64,000 nucleotides of DNA, from NCBI GenBank assembly GCA_951406725.2, contig OX597818.1:141112001-141176000 (forward strand), given 5' to 3'. Shown here piece by piece: positions 13,291-28,752 of this stretch. Every line of letters starts with the position of its first letter. Position 1 is the first letter of the stretch. The position numbers and the translations under genes are program-made. This DNA is from Octopus vulgaris. Lineage: Eukaryota. The notes under the pieces were generated by a model. It was not told where the DNA came from. It was given only the letters and a program-made list of their open reading frames with translations, and ran no database searches.

Positions 13291-16200
13291 TTCTAACACT
13301 GTAGAATGTTCCTAATTTCGACAAATGGTTGTAATTGATTACGGTGATAAATATGACAAATGAAGTCGGTGTACTGCGTGGGTCAAACAACGGACTTGAA
13401 GTGATTTAACTAAATATATTTTAGTTTGCGCTCATAGCGTAAACCAAATGAAATAGATAACACTATATATTTCACTTTTACTGTACTGATTTGAATGAAC
13501 ATAACGTAAACTGAATTAATCAAATAACACAATATATTTCACTTACTACGCAACTACTTTCAACACACAACGTTAAGCTAATTAACTAAATAACACAGGG
13601 TATATGAATCACCTCTCAACTAATTAGAACAAATAACGTAAAATGAATTAGCAAAATTTTACTATATATTCTAATTTTCGTCTTATTATTTTGAACATGT
13701 AGCTTAACATTAATTAACTAAAATCCACAACATGTTTTATTTACCACAGTCTGATTCATTTACTTCACTAATAATAATGATAACTTGTAAAATGAGCTCA
13801 GATTCATATAGTTTCGAGGTGGAACAAAGACCAGATCGTAATTTTCCGGCGGCCTACTTACTGTGTCACATGATTGCTTCTATATAATTGCGGTATTAAT
13901 AGGAACAAGAACGAAGAAGAACAAGAATAGCAGCAGGTAGAAAAGGAGGGCCAAATAAACAAGAAGAAAGATAAGGGAATGGTGAGAAAAATTCGATTAA
14001 AAATAAAAAGACAGAAGAGCGGAAGAAGATAAAGATTTTCCCAAGAATATAATTTATAATAATGCAGTCTAAAATATTTATTATTAACGAGCATCTTCAT
14101 TAGGGTGATGTCAACTCTAGATAGATCGCAATAATATGATACAATATTGGCAAAATATAACTAGACCTGATATATTTAGATTGATATTCCTGAATATGTA
14201 GGGCACCTCTTTCATTACCAAAGGATAGATAGTGATTCAACGAGTGCTAAAACACTTGAATGCCGCTGGACGAAACAAGTTACTTTAAATTTGTCCGTTG
14301 CCATAACTGTTATATTAGCACCTTTGCAATATTTTCTTCATTAAATCGCATAGAAAATGCGTTCTGAACCCCATCTGATATTAGGTTAGTTGTCACCCTA
14401 CAAGTGACAAATTCATTACGTATAGAGAAATAGTCACATATTAATGAATTTTTGAGGTGATTTAATGCTAATTATTAAATGAAAATCAATTACATGTTCA
14501 CTAACTCTCAGTTCTACAATATAGTCATCAATTATGTAACGTAATATATGAAACTAACTATTGTTGGTATTTCGTGGTTTGTTTTCATGTGATACATTTT
14601 GTCTCACGAAAGGATATCGTCATATCGATAACATAGGGAGATTATATGATGAACTAAGACATATAGCCTAAACGAAAGCTATGTACTATTGCATTCAAAT
14701 TCGTTATAGAAATCTGCCTAAGATTTAGAAACAAAAACTATTAAAAACTAAAGAAATAACGAAATAAAAATTGAAATTGTACCTCGTCGATTTGAAGTCA
14801 AATAAATATGTTGGTTTTGTTTCTAAATTTACCCACATCCATCTAATTCTTACTTGATTAATAGACTAATGATAAAAATATTCCAAGAATTACCAGACCA
14901 TCGCACTTCAGTAAATGTGTAACCATAATTGCGTTATCGGTTGCAGGTGATTTTAATGATATTAGAGTCGTTATTCTTAAGTCTCAGATGGCTAGTTAAA
15001 CACACTTATAATCGGAATCATTCCAGCCGTGGCCATCGCATTTCTTTTAATGTACAGTGTACTCAGGATTACATTATTCAACCTAGACCTCTGGGAAAAA
15101 AAACGACTAATGCAATTTGAGGGAGATTTTGCTGATATATCTAACTGGTCAACCGAGCATGTAGAGGCTCTCTTTAAGGATCGAAGACGCTAGAGTGACT
15201 TATGATTGCGTGATATAGAGAGTTAACAGCACTTCTTTGCAGATTGTTCGCACGATTAGGGGACTTCTGATTGACGGCCAGTATGAATAGTTTGCCAGAA
15301 CCGTTCAGAATTAGAAATACATTACATTTAGCTAAAATAAATAACGGCAGAATTTATCTCAAAGGAAATATTTTCAAATAATGATATAAGTCTTACATTA
15401 GCAACACATTTTTCATTCAATATTCAATAATGATCGATATTTCATTATTATTTTCACATAAATATATAATTGTGTTGGTGTATGTGTGTTTGCGTTTCAT
15501 TTCTTGTTGATTCACTGGCTATTATTTAGCGGAATGAAAAAAAGAATAACTCCGTATCGGATATATTAATGGTAATATTATATACAATTGAAGGAAGCCA
15601 GAAAACAGGAATTACAAAGAATAAAATAATAACGGAAAAGACATTTCTGTAACAAGGCTGTAACAAGACTTCAACCAATCTGAAGTTTCTGCTAGGAAAA
15701 TCACTGTTTAAAAATGGCGACTTGCGTGAAGACATCTCATAAAGACTGCTGTATGTATTATGGAAATGAATTGAAATGAAGTTGCTGAGCCGGACCATTT
15801 CATTTCTTATTTGGTTTTGTTATTAGTATTGTTATTATTGTTATTGATATTTGCATTATTAGTGGTAGTATTATTAGTATTTGTATTATGTTTTATATAT
15901 GACTGTTATTGTAGATGATGATAAAGTTGTCATTGTATTTTTTGTTGTTGTTACAGATATTGTTTATCGTTATTAACTGCAAGCCGCCATGTCTTTGAAT
16001 GCAGTTCCATTCTTTCTGTAGCTAATAAAATATGAAATGAAGTGTGAAGCTGTAATAAATAAATAAGTGAATAATAAACCAAGTAGGTGAGTTTGGGAAC
16101 AAAAAACAAAATAGTGATGGCAATAAATACATTGGAAGAAAGAAAAAAAAAACAAACAACTATTCAAAACTTTTCAAAACTATAAAATGAAAGGATGAAG

Positions 16201-16571
16201 AAAGAGGAAACGAGAGGAAAACGGAAGAAACGGAAAGGACAACGAAAGAAATGAATAATGAAGGAAAGGAAGAAAAAAGAAATAGGAGAGAGAATAGAAC
16301 GTCTAGGTGGAAACCAAGATTGAGATAATAGAAATACATATATGTACACATACAAACACACACATATATATGTGTGTATACAATATATATATATACACAC
16401 ACACACATATATATATATATTATAAATATATTACATATTGTATACATACATATATATATATGTATACAATATGTAATATATATATACGTATATAGATCAT
16501 ATAGAGATTATATGTATGACATATATATTTTTATATATATGTATATATATATATATGTATATCTATACGTA

Positions 16572-16604
<33 letters not shown>

Positions 16605-16766
16605 TATAAATATATTACATATTGTATACACATATACATATATATATGTATACAATATGTAATATATATATACGTATATAGATCATATATAGATTATATG
16701 TATGACATATTTTTAAATATATGTATATATATGTATATCTATACGTATGTATATATATATATATAC

Positions 16767-16812
<46 letters not shown>

Positions 16813-17240
16813 TCCTTTATCTTTCGGCGATTCTCTTTCTCTGTGCATATATATGTGTGTATGTGCGCGCGCGCTTGTACGCGTGTGTATACGGTGAAAG
16901 AGACGGACAGACAGACAGATACACAGATAGATAGATGGATAGATTGCCAAAGAACTAGATAGGACGATTAATGAGCATATTAATATCCGTAAGCAAATGT
17001 GATGTATAAATTCGTTACACTGTAATATCGTTCAAAAGTTTCAACTATTCGTCCTTATTAGACTATTTCAGCATATTGTCTGTCAGTTAAAACATGGTTC
17101 CATCGTCGGTGTTGAATTTTTTTTACCCTAATTTCGTAACGAAAAGGCCGATATTTGTGGAAGCCCATGAATTTGGCAATGTTCTATAATACCGAGAGGT
17201 GACTATAATATAGCCTTTTGAAAAGTGCTTACTTAGGGAG

Positions 17241-17587
17241 AGGAGGCGCAATGGCCCAGTGGTTAGGGCAGCGGACTCGCGGTCATAGGATCGCGTTTTC
17301 GATTCTCAGACCAGGCGTTGTGAGGCTCCGGCAGGGGACTGTGGTGATCCCTGCTGTACTCTTTCACCACAACTTTCTCTCACTCTTACTTCCTGTTTCT
17401 GTTGTACCTGTATTTCAAAGGGCCGGCCTTGTCACTCTCTGTGTCACGCTGAATATCCCCGAGAACTACGTTAAGGGTACACGTGTCTGTGGAGTGCTCA
17501 GCCACTTACACGTTAATTTCACGAGCAGGCTGTTCCGTTGATTCGGATCAACCGGAACCCTCATCGTCGTAAACGACGGAGTGCCTC
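17241..17587 (+). mobile_element. SINE family B, tail type 2
   Basis: Same head as 7491, tail shared with 26563; 11-bp TSD CTTAGGGAGAG (17232-17242, 17594-17604). Confidence 0.92.
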
Positions 17588-18896
17588 CCTTCCCTTAGGG
17601 AGAGAACGTTTCAAAAACCTTCATACTTCTGTGAATACAAGATTTCTTGTTTGTTCTTATCTTATGCTTATTTAAATGTATCACTACATTAAGCAGTTAA
17701 CGTTACAGTTGAGTGTACATACAATCTTAAAATAACACAGGAGCGCCTCAAACGATGGATTGGGAAACAAAACTTTGTTAAGCACTAATAAAATTTCCTG
17801 GCATGCAAGGAGCTTGACTGAAATACATGTAATAATCCGCATATGGCAATCAAATATTTGGAAGTTAAGAAAACTGGCCTTCTCCGTGTGTGTGCATGGA
17901 GAGACTTCTTCTATATAGAACTGAAACATCGTCTATGCAGGGGAAGCTTCAAGATCGCTTTGTTCATACACCAGTCTTTTCCAGAGGTCTCAAACTATAA
18001 TATAGCATGAGTAGAAGACTGAAGAGAATTATGGACACATTCAACCACACAACACTACAACTATTACTCAACGGAAGATAAACGTTGCTGAACAAGGCTT
18101 TCATGCTGGTTAGATTTATGGAGACATCCCGCAACTTAATATAAGACGAGAACCAATCAACCACATTATCGTCACTGACAAAGACACAGAAAAAGAAATT
18201 AAGGTCCTACTAAAATTAACTGAGATGAGTGATCCCTGATACAGTGCGGTGAAAAGAATGACGGTTACAGCTGCTCGAAGATCTTCCAGTCAGATCAATA
18301 ACTGAATTTCATCAGGAGTCTTATCCTTAGTTATGTACTTAGCATTGGGCTGGATTCCGACATGAAAGCTGTATTGTAAATATTCTTGTTTTGAAACCCT
18401 GTTGGAATCCATTCTACCTACATTCCATTTAGCAGGTACCTTATAAAGATCACAGATCAAATTGATCGAAAATAAATATTAACTCATCTCAAACCTTAAT
18501 ATGTATAACGTATTATTGGCTTCTGTCAGTTCCAATTCAGTAAAGCCATCAAATAAGTACTAAATCTGTATTTGAAGCTTTGAATGAATGAAAGATGAAA
18601 ACGAGATTCATCTACATGTTCGATCATCGCAAGAAATTTCTCAAACATATCATTTATATGTAAATGTCGTTTGCCTGTCACTTTATCCAGTGGCGAAATA
18701 TTGTATTTTACTTACGTCATTGGTGGTACAAAGGCATGTTTCGTTAATGTTGGTAAATGAGTAACCTATTTTAAACACATACAACTCCCAGCAACACAGT
18801 TACCAACTTACAAACATTCCCATGGTCATACAAATACTCCAACATACGTGTATAAATATATGTATATGTGTATGTGTGTGTGTATGTATGATGTAA

Positions 18897-18937
<41 letters not shown>

Positions 18938-18958
18938 AAGATAGATAGAAAGATAGAT

Positions 18959-19019
<61 letters not shown>

Positions 19020-19170
19020 TGTTTTTTATTAGCCACACAGGGCTGCACAAGACAGAACAAATTACAAGGTAGAGTTTTTCTTTTGGGGGTAAAAAAAAGG
19101 GGTTTGGTTTTCGATCAAAAGGGATCGTAAAAGGAAAGAAAGAGGACAAAAAAAGGGGAGGATTTAAAAA

Positions 19171-19214
<44 letters not shown>

Positions 19215-19220
19215 ATAGAT

Positions 19221-19309
<89 letters not shown>

Positions 19310-21724
19310 TACGGACATATATACATAAACAAATGGCTGCTTATATGCATGAGTACATACACCCATACATACACATACATAGTGTGTAGGTGCACGTGTT
19401 GTGCTTACGTTTGCAGGTATTTATGTGTTTGTGGATTGCCTGTGTGCGTGTATGTTTATGTGTTTGTGCGTGTGTGCGTGTGTTTGCATGTATATGTGTA
19501 TATATGTATGTCTATATATATTTGTGTGTCTGTGTATAAACGTAGAGAGAAAAAGCGGATAGGCGAAGCAATTGTGATGTTAAATTATTTCTGTACTTAA
19601 ATTAGTGGACCGTGTTTTCTAATCCATTACAGGCATTCCATCTTGGCGTTGTTTAATTCCTTAATCACTTGGACATGGACATTCTACATCTCAGTAAACC
19701 ATTACCCAGTCATACTCACACTCGCAATTTCATGTAGCCCGAGAGGCATATAAAGTTACTTTTAAATAGTTTACTTTCGAACACAGACAACAGCTGCAGC
19801 CTTTTGGAAAACCTCATCTACTGATCTAATTCCCATAATTTAGGTATATAGACATGTGTGTGTGTGTGTGTAGGTCTATATATACGTGTGTTTTAATACT
19901 ACATGGATTTTCGTAATGAATTATGCAACAGACTGCGGTATTTGCATTGTTAGCAGACACCCGAACTGCCTATATTCTCTTGCGAATGACTAATTTATCA
20001 ATGAAGTTAATTTGCTTTTAAATCGCTTCAGTGTATGCATATGAGTGAAATATTATTAAGCAATGAATTGAAACTATGCAATCACTTTGTAATTCAATAA
20101 CGGACTTGGAATTGAAATTTTATTCTGTTCCATTAATGTATCGATTTAATTTAATATCACATCTACCTAATCACTTTCGACTGAATTTCATAGTTTGATG
20201 TGACGTTTGTGCTAAAAATTATTCACCCACATTAACATGTACATAAGTGTCTTTCAGAAACTTTGCCCATACTAAATTAAACAATGCAGTGTATGGCGTT
20301 CTGTTTTATGTTCTATTTCCTACATAATCTTGTGAGATTTTCGTACGTCAGCTGGGATTTTCAATATTAAATTACGTATAAGCTATAATAATCCATCGAT
20401 GTCTGTATGTCTACATGAACTTGCAATGATGATGATACATGCTTAAATGTCTGAACTGTACTGATTGGTATATTTAATATCATTTATCCTTTTCAAAAAC
20501 GGAAAGACTTGAATATAACGGATTTGTAGAAGGTATACTAACTTCTAAAATCATTTCATTTTAATTTATTGTAACTGTGTCATATTTGAACTTAAACTCA
20601 AAATAAGGTTTAGTCATCAATTCCAGAAGGTGGGCTACTCCTGAAATTATCTTTGCTGTTCACTGATATATTTTTAGATACAACGATAATATCAATGTCC
20701 TTACGAGAAGAATTCGCGAAGCCGTTCGTTCGTCGACAATTGGGGACGCCTGACACGCCATCCAGCTTCCTTTGACTACAGTAACTTTTGGCACTAGAGG
20801 CAAACACACACACACACAAAGACACACACATGCATACAAATACACACACACTCGCGCACACACATACACACACGCTCTCGCACACACATGCACACACAAA
20901 CACAAACATATACATATACACACACATCGTATGATAGGAAGCTTGCTTTCCAACCGCATGGATCCGAGTTCAGTGCTACTGCGTGGCACTTAAACGTGGG
21001 TGCCCTTTAAGAAATGACGATACTGCAATTTTAAGTCCCCACCCCACAAGACATCTCCTCTAGCTGGTTTGCTTAGTCATTCGTCTCCATACGATATTTA
21101 TTGCGAGGGGGAGATAATTCCTGCCATCCTTCCTTCGAGAAAACCAGACAACAAGTGATTTCGATGTTGTTGGATTTCCATCTGATGCCAGGCGTTGCAG
21201 TTGTTCAACGCCTTGTGAAATATATTGAAAATAGAGTGTAATATAATCACTTATTTTCTAACTAGGAAACTAGTGCGTTGGAAACTCTCTGTTCAAGATA
21301 AAACATTTCTTCGACATTAAACTACTACCATGATTAGCAAACGAGTGCCCACTACCGAAGAAATCCAAGAAGATTGAAATCACGTTGTCTGGTCTTCACA
21401 AAGATAGGATGGCAAGCTTATTTCTCGAGTACGGAAAATGCAGTGAATAAACCAACTAGAAGTGTCTACCCAGGATTAATATCGCAGTATCGTCGTCTCT
21501 TAGGGAACATCAAATTTAACGTGGGGATAAATAATATGTGTGTGTGTGTGCATGCGTATGTGTGTATGTGTGCACGTGCGTCCGTGTTGTGTGCGCGTGC
21601 GTGGTTGCATGTGTGTGTTCATGTGCGTGTTTGTGAGGGCGTGCGTCCGTGTGTGTGTGTGCGTGCGTGTGTGCGTGTGTATGCGTGCGAGCGTCCGTCT
21701 GTGTGTGTGTGCGCGCACGCGTGT

Positions 21725-22020
21725 GTGAAGGCGCTTAGCCTAGCGGTTAAGGTTTTGCCCTCACGATCGCTAGAGCATAGGTTCTGTTCCCCGACAGGGC
21801 AGTGCGTTAGGTTCTTGAACAAAACACTTCTTTTATAATTGTTCCAGTTCACTCGGCTGTAAATGGGTAAGGTTGTGACAGAATAGTCTTCCAATCAGGT
21901 GGAATGTTAGCTTGCTCGCTTAACCAACGAACTGGGATCATTCGAATGCTAAAGCAACACGAACCGCATTGTGACAAGCGATGTATAACGACATCTGAAT
22001 AATCTGGTCGATACCATGAT
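21725..22020 (+). mobile_element. Degenerate SINE with a different head but family B type 1 tail
   Basis: TAGCCTAGCGG A box; tail GCATTGTGACAAGCGATGT matches 7741 region. Confidence 0.7.
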
Positions 22021-22036
22021 ACATACATATAAGGTC

Positions 22037-22240
22037 TAATATCGAAGGGAAATGGAAATTAATAGAAAATTTTCACTTTCAGTGACCTAGCGTGTACAAA
22101 TTTAGTCCAAAGACTATGTATTACTCATTTAATACAGTGGACATTTAAAAACATAAGACGAATCCATTCGTGGGATTCAAAGCGTGTTGAATCCCAGGAG
22201 TGGATCCCTTATGTGCTTAAATGTACACTGCATTTTTATA
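22037..22240. mobile_element. Fold-back copy of an unclassified repeat family
   Basis: Homologous to 43744-44403; internal hairpin 22131-22234. Confidence 0.75.
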
Positions 22241-22247
22241 AAGTCTA

Positions 22248-22308
<61 letters not shown>

Positions 22309-22316
22309 GAGATAGA

Positions 22317-22367
<51 letters not shown>

Positions 22368-22565
22368 ATAGGTGGATAGAGGCATAGATACGTATATGTA
22401 TAGATTTTTCTGCATATCTAAACATACATATCAATTGCTGTTAGCTAACGCACTCCGACTTTCTACATTTATTGTTATAGAGCTATTTCGAAGATATATT
22501 AAAATTTTTCCCTTTCTATAATACACACTTATACGCATACCAACATATAGCCTTAGTTACACACC

Positions 22566-22613
<48 letters not shown>

Positions 22614-22695
22614 CGTACATATGTGTGTGTGTGTGTGTTTCAATGCTTATTATATATTTATATAAATGTGAATGTGTGTATATATACATACATAC

Positions 22696-22748
<53 letters not shown>

Positions 22749-23119
22749 GGTGTGTATGTATGTATATTTAGGTATCTCTATGCATAAATGTGTATAGTGC
22801 GTCAGACAGTAAAATTCAAAACGCAGTCGTATTAATTTTATCCGGTATAAATTCATATCTTTCTCCTCTTTATATTGAAACCAATATATTTAATATTTAC
22901 ACTACGCCTTCTAAAACTCAATATAATCGATTTATGTAATTTCGAAATTGGTCAGTTATATTTTTTTTATCATATTAAATAACTCGAATGATGAATAGCG
23001 AAATGGAATTCTAGAAATTTCCTTCAAATTTTCGCGTAAATTAATCTCTTCTTCACAATGTGCATGTTAGAGGACTATTTTACAGTCTCTAGTTGCTTTC
23101 ATTAATATCATTACTATTG

Positions 23120-23153
<34 letters not shown>

Positions 23154-23451
23154 GTGTGTGTGTGTGTGCGTGTGTGTGTGTGTTTGTGTGTGTGTGTGTT
23201 TGTGTGTGTGTATACGTGTATGTGTGTAAGCGTGTGCCTGTACTTATAAATTCGTTTAGATGTACTTACAGAGGCATACACACAAACACAAATATACATT
23301 CTATATATATATTTACTAATATGCAAATATAAATACTTCGTTTTTGTATCTGGTTTACAAGAATCTTTCTGTGTGTGTGTGTGTGTATACATACATGCGT
23401 ACATGTATATATATGTGTGTATATGTGTGTGTGTGCATATATATTGTAAAT

Positions 23452-23512
<61 letters not shown>

Positions 23513-24063
23513 GTACATATTTGCATACATGTACTCATGTTTATACATATATACATACATAGATACATATATATATACATATATATATATATATGTATAT
23601 ATCTATATATATATATATATATATATATACGCATACACATATGCACACATATATATATATATATTATTTATATTATTATGTTTGAACGCCACGCATCCAT
23701 TTCCAAGTAAGTTTATATATGTGTGTTTGTGTGTGCGTGTTTGCATGCGTACACGCGCGCGTACGTGTCCAATTTTGTATGAATCTAAGCAACACTATGA
23801 TGCAATTTTTGAATTATTGGTCCCTATTTCTCACTCTTCTGTAGTTGTCGCAGATACTGATATTAGCAGCAACAACAACACCAGCAACAGCAGCGACTAT
23901 AATACTTGTAATGGTAATAGATGTTAATAAAAATGAATACGGATTATAAAATGATGCTGGAGAAATGATAATAAGAGATTGTACGAAATAAAGATTGATG
24001 ATTGGAAGGGAAATAGCCAACAGCATAATGGGGATTTGTTTAAAACACCAATATGATATATAT

Positions 24064-24154
<91 letters not shown>

Positions 24155-24280
24155 TGCATATATATACTCACACACACACGTATGTATCCATATATGCATA
24201 TATATATACGCGAACAGACATACATATGTACAAATATATATATATATATATATATTTGTATATATATATATATATATATA

Positions 24281-24585
24281 TCACGTGATCACGTGACCGA
24301 CCAGACCATCAGATGTTGTTACGCATCGCTGGTCACAATGAGTTCGCATTGTTTTAGCCTTCAAATGACGCCACCCCGCTGACTAAGTGAGCAGACCAAC
24401 AGAAGAAAGAGTGGGAGAAAGTTGTTACGAAAGAGTACAGCAGGGATCACCACCCCCTGCCGGAGCGTCGTGGAGCTTTTTTAGGTGTTTTTGCTCAATA
24501 AACACTCACAACGCCCCGTCTGGGAATCGAAACCGCGATTCTGCGACCGCGAGTCCGCTGCCCTAACCACTAGGCCATTGTGCCT

Positions 24586-24588
<3 letters not shown>
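24281..24588 (-). mobile_element. SINE family B, tail type 1
   Basis: Reverse complement of the 7491 copy. Confidence 0.92.
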
Positions 24589-24631
<43 letters not shown>

Positions 24632-24747
24632 GTATGTATGTATGTATTTATACACATATATACGCACACACACACGTATGTATCCATATATGCATATATA
24701 TATATATACGCGAACAGACATACATATGTACAAATATATATACATAC

Positions 24748-24828
<81 letters not shown>

Positions 24829-25377
24829 CGTGTGTGTGTGTGTTAGTTTAGTTATGTTTTTATCGTTGGTGTTGATTCTATCTTGGAATGGTCTACTCTA
24901 CTTTTGAAAATGCTCTACTCCGCCTAGCGATAGAACGATAGACGGAACAGGCAGGCTGTATCGATAACATTATTTTCGTAGGAGTAATTCAAAATGTTCA
25001 ACTGTTTTATTAAAAATATATCCAAACCGAATTCAGCGCTTTTATTGCTGGTTTTATAATTCTTTAACTCTCAAGTATTATTTCTTTCATGGTATAGAAG
25101 TGTGGTTGCGCATGCGCGCTTGTGTTTGTGCGCGTGTTTGTTTCTGAGTGTTCTTATGCTTTTATATTTGCCGGTATGACAGTGTATGAATGTATGCAAG
25201 AATGTATGCATGTATGTATATATTTATGTATGTATGTATGTATGTATGAATATAGGAATGTATGTATGTGTGTATGTAAGTGAGTGTATATCATCCGTGT
25301 TTAATATTCTGGTTTTTCCCTTTCGTAATTTTACTCGCAGTTATTAATGGTCAACTTTGTTACGATGGAATGTTTGG

Positions 25378-25785
<408 letters not shown>

Positions 25786-26353
25786 CAGAATGAGTTATTA
25801 CATAGAAAATTAAAGTTTCAACCATTCACCTCTACGATACGTTCATCTTATCCACCTTTCAAAAAAATGTGTTGGAAAGCTGCAAACTGTCTCATATTTA
25901 TTTTCATGTTTCACTTGACAAAACTAGTATAAAGTTGCCATAAAAAAAAAACGATTCCTTCTTTCTCCTCAGCCTCCGAAATCTTGATGACCATATTTGT
26001 TCTTTTTTGGCATTGTCATTAGATTTATGAAAACATTTTGAACTTGTTTGCCAAAGGAAAACAACGGTGCGGTTTTCACAGCTGTGTCAGGAACGGGTGT
26101 TCGGGTTGTCTTCATATGTCTGTGATGTGTTGACATTAAGCGAGTTTACGTGTGACGGTTTTATAAGTCCGTGTATTTCTACAGTGTCCGGCTGACAGCA
26201 TTCTTCTGTTAATAGAGATATAGCTGTCATGAAGAACGCTAGTCAGAAAATATATGTATTACAATTTATATGTATTTAATTATATATTAATGTTTGAATG
26301 CATCATGGCTTACAATTGTGAGATTGTGTAGTAATTTGTGACGATGGAATGTT

Positions 26354-26428
<75 letters not shown>

Positions 26429-26518
26429 CAGCACAAATATATATGCATAAACTTACTTTGAAATGGATGCGTGGCGTTCAAACATATAATAATATAAATA
26501 ATATATATATATATTTGC

Positions 26519-26551
<33 letters not shown>

Positions 26552-26562
26552 TGTATGTATTG

Positions 26563-26931
26563 TGGAGGCGCAATGGCCCAGTGGTTAGGGCAGCGGACTC
26601 GCGGTCGCAGGATCGCGGTTTCGATTCCCTGGGCGTTGTGAGTGTTTATTGAGCGAAAACACCTAAAGCTCCCCGAGGGGATGGTGGTGATCCCTGCTGT
26701 ACTCTTTCACCACAACTTTCTCTCACTCTTACTTCCTGTTTCTGTTGTACCTGTATTTAAAGGGGTCGGCCTTGTCACTCTCTGTGTCACGCTGAATATC
26801 CCCGAGAACTACGTTAAGGGTGCACGTGTCTGTGGAGTGCTCAGCCACTTACACGTTAATTTCACGAGCAGGCTGTTCCGTTGATTCGGATCAACCGAAA
26901 CCCTCGTCATCGTAACCGACGGAGTGCTTCC
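26563..26931 (+). mobile_element. SINE family B, tail type 2
   Basis: Near-identical to 17241-17587. Confidence 0.92.
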
Positions 26932-28670
26932 CCATGTATGTATGTATGTATATATATATTTATGTTTACATAAATTTTCCCCACCCACCTTAAGAAAAGC
27001 TTTACCTTCGAATCTAACCTCACCTTAATTCATTCCTACTCACAATAAGTTACTTTTCACTAATAACAGTATTTTTGTGTTTCGTTGATGATTTCTACCT
27101 AACCGCCCTTCTGTCTGTTCGCATTAATTTAAGCTGCCATCTCATCATACTTAACTTTCGCTTTTAGCGGTTGTATGACGTATGTACCTATATTTCTATC
27201 TTCACGCTTGTTTGTATCCTTATTTCTTGAAATCCTGCACCACCTCTCTTCCTTCGTCAAACATATTTGCCTAATTCCAGTGAGCTTACTTTTATAATTA
27301 TGTAAACGAGAGAGGATATAATACATCGTAGAACATTTTTGTACTTGTCTGATTAGGTGTAAACCATCGAGACATGTTCGTAGCCGTCATCTTGACAGAT
27401 AAAAAAAAGACCACATTTTTTTGCCCGAAGCATAAAACTCAATTTTCTCTGAAATTAATTCACAATTTCTTGAAGAAATTATCTCTTCCATTGTTGTAGA
27501 ATGGCAAACCGTTACTGGCAAGGTTTTTTTTTATCTTTCACTATTTCTGAAGTACATTTTTAGTCATTAAAACAGTTCTTGTGCCATGAAACACATGACT
27601 GACTACTTGTACTTTATAATATATGAAGTTACGTGATCATTGTGTTATTTGTGTGTGTGTGTGTGTGTGAATGTGAATATATGATATGTATCTATGTGTG
27701 TACGTGAGTTCGTTTTTGTGTGTGTGTATACATATGTGTGTGTATACATATGTGTGTGTATACATATGTGTGTGTATGTGTGTGTGTGTGTGTGTGTGTG
27801 TCTATACATGTGTGTGTGCGCAATCTGTTGCCGAGTGATCCCTCAATTTGTTTGCAGTCCAATAACTAAAACCAGCAAAAGTCTCTCTCTATATATATGT
27901 ATAAAGAGACAATTATGAGAATAAAGCATCAGATATATTAAATATAACAGTTTGTGTATGAAATACAAAATATGTATATATGTATACATGCTAAACGACC
28001 AAAAGCAAAAAGTGGAGGCTTTAAGACAATTAGCGTTTAAGTATAAATATATAGATATGTATATTAATAGACCAACTTACAGAGAATACAAACAACAGAG
28101 GAAATTAAAGGTGTCATAAATCAAACAGCTGTTTCTGGGGGCTCGGAGATCCATCGTAATGTTGGCAGATATAGTTCATCACAATATGCGGCCGGAATGG
28201 AAGCAATCAACATTGGATAAGACAAGCCTCCGTCATCAAACAAGAAAAGATCTTACATTTCAGATCTTAATGCAGAGCAGTTCAATGATGGAATGATTAA
28301 ATGTGGAGAATTAGCTTTATTAGAGTGAGGAAGTTGGAGGAACTGGTGTTTTATATACCGACAATCTCCCACATATGAATGGCAACGTTTATTTGACCCC
28401 AAGGAAGGTCAGAGCGAAGGGAACCGAAAAGAGTTCCGTCAGTTACTCTATACGTTTCTCTCTCTCTTTCTCCCTCTCCTTCTTTCTCTTTCTCTCCCTC
28501 TCTGTCTCTCTCCCTCTGCCTCTTTCTCTCTATTAACGGTTCTGAATATTCTTCATATTCTTATTACGCTGGTGTGGTTCAGTTGGCGATCACTTGGTTC
28601 CAGCTGTTTCTTGTCTACAGCAAAGATCAGGCGGACTTTTACAGAAAGCAGAAAGAATGCGTTTGTTAAC

Positions 28671-28752
28671 ATATGATTATAATATGATTATAATATGATT
28701 ATAATATGATTATAATATGATTATAATATGATTATAATATGATTATAATATG
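28671..28752. repeat. 11-bp minisatellite (ATATGATTATA) x~7.5
   Basis: Perfect tandem units. Confidence 0.95.

Noticed and set aside
18262-18320. CTGATGA on the minus strand
   Set aside because: No GAAA or pairing stems
28671-28752. CRISPR-like regular repeats (also 39248-39304)
   Set aside because: Head-to-tail minisatellites without spacers, in a eukaryotic context
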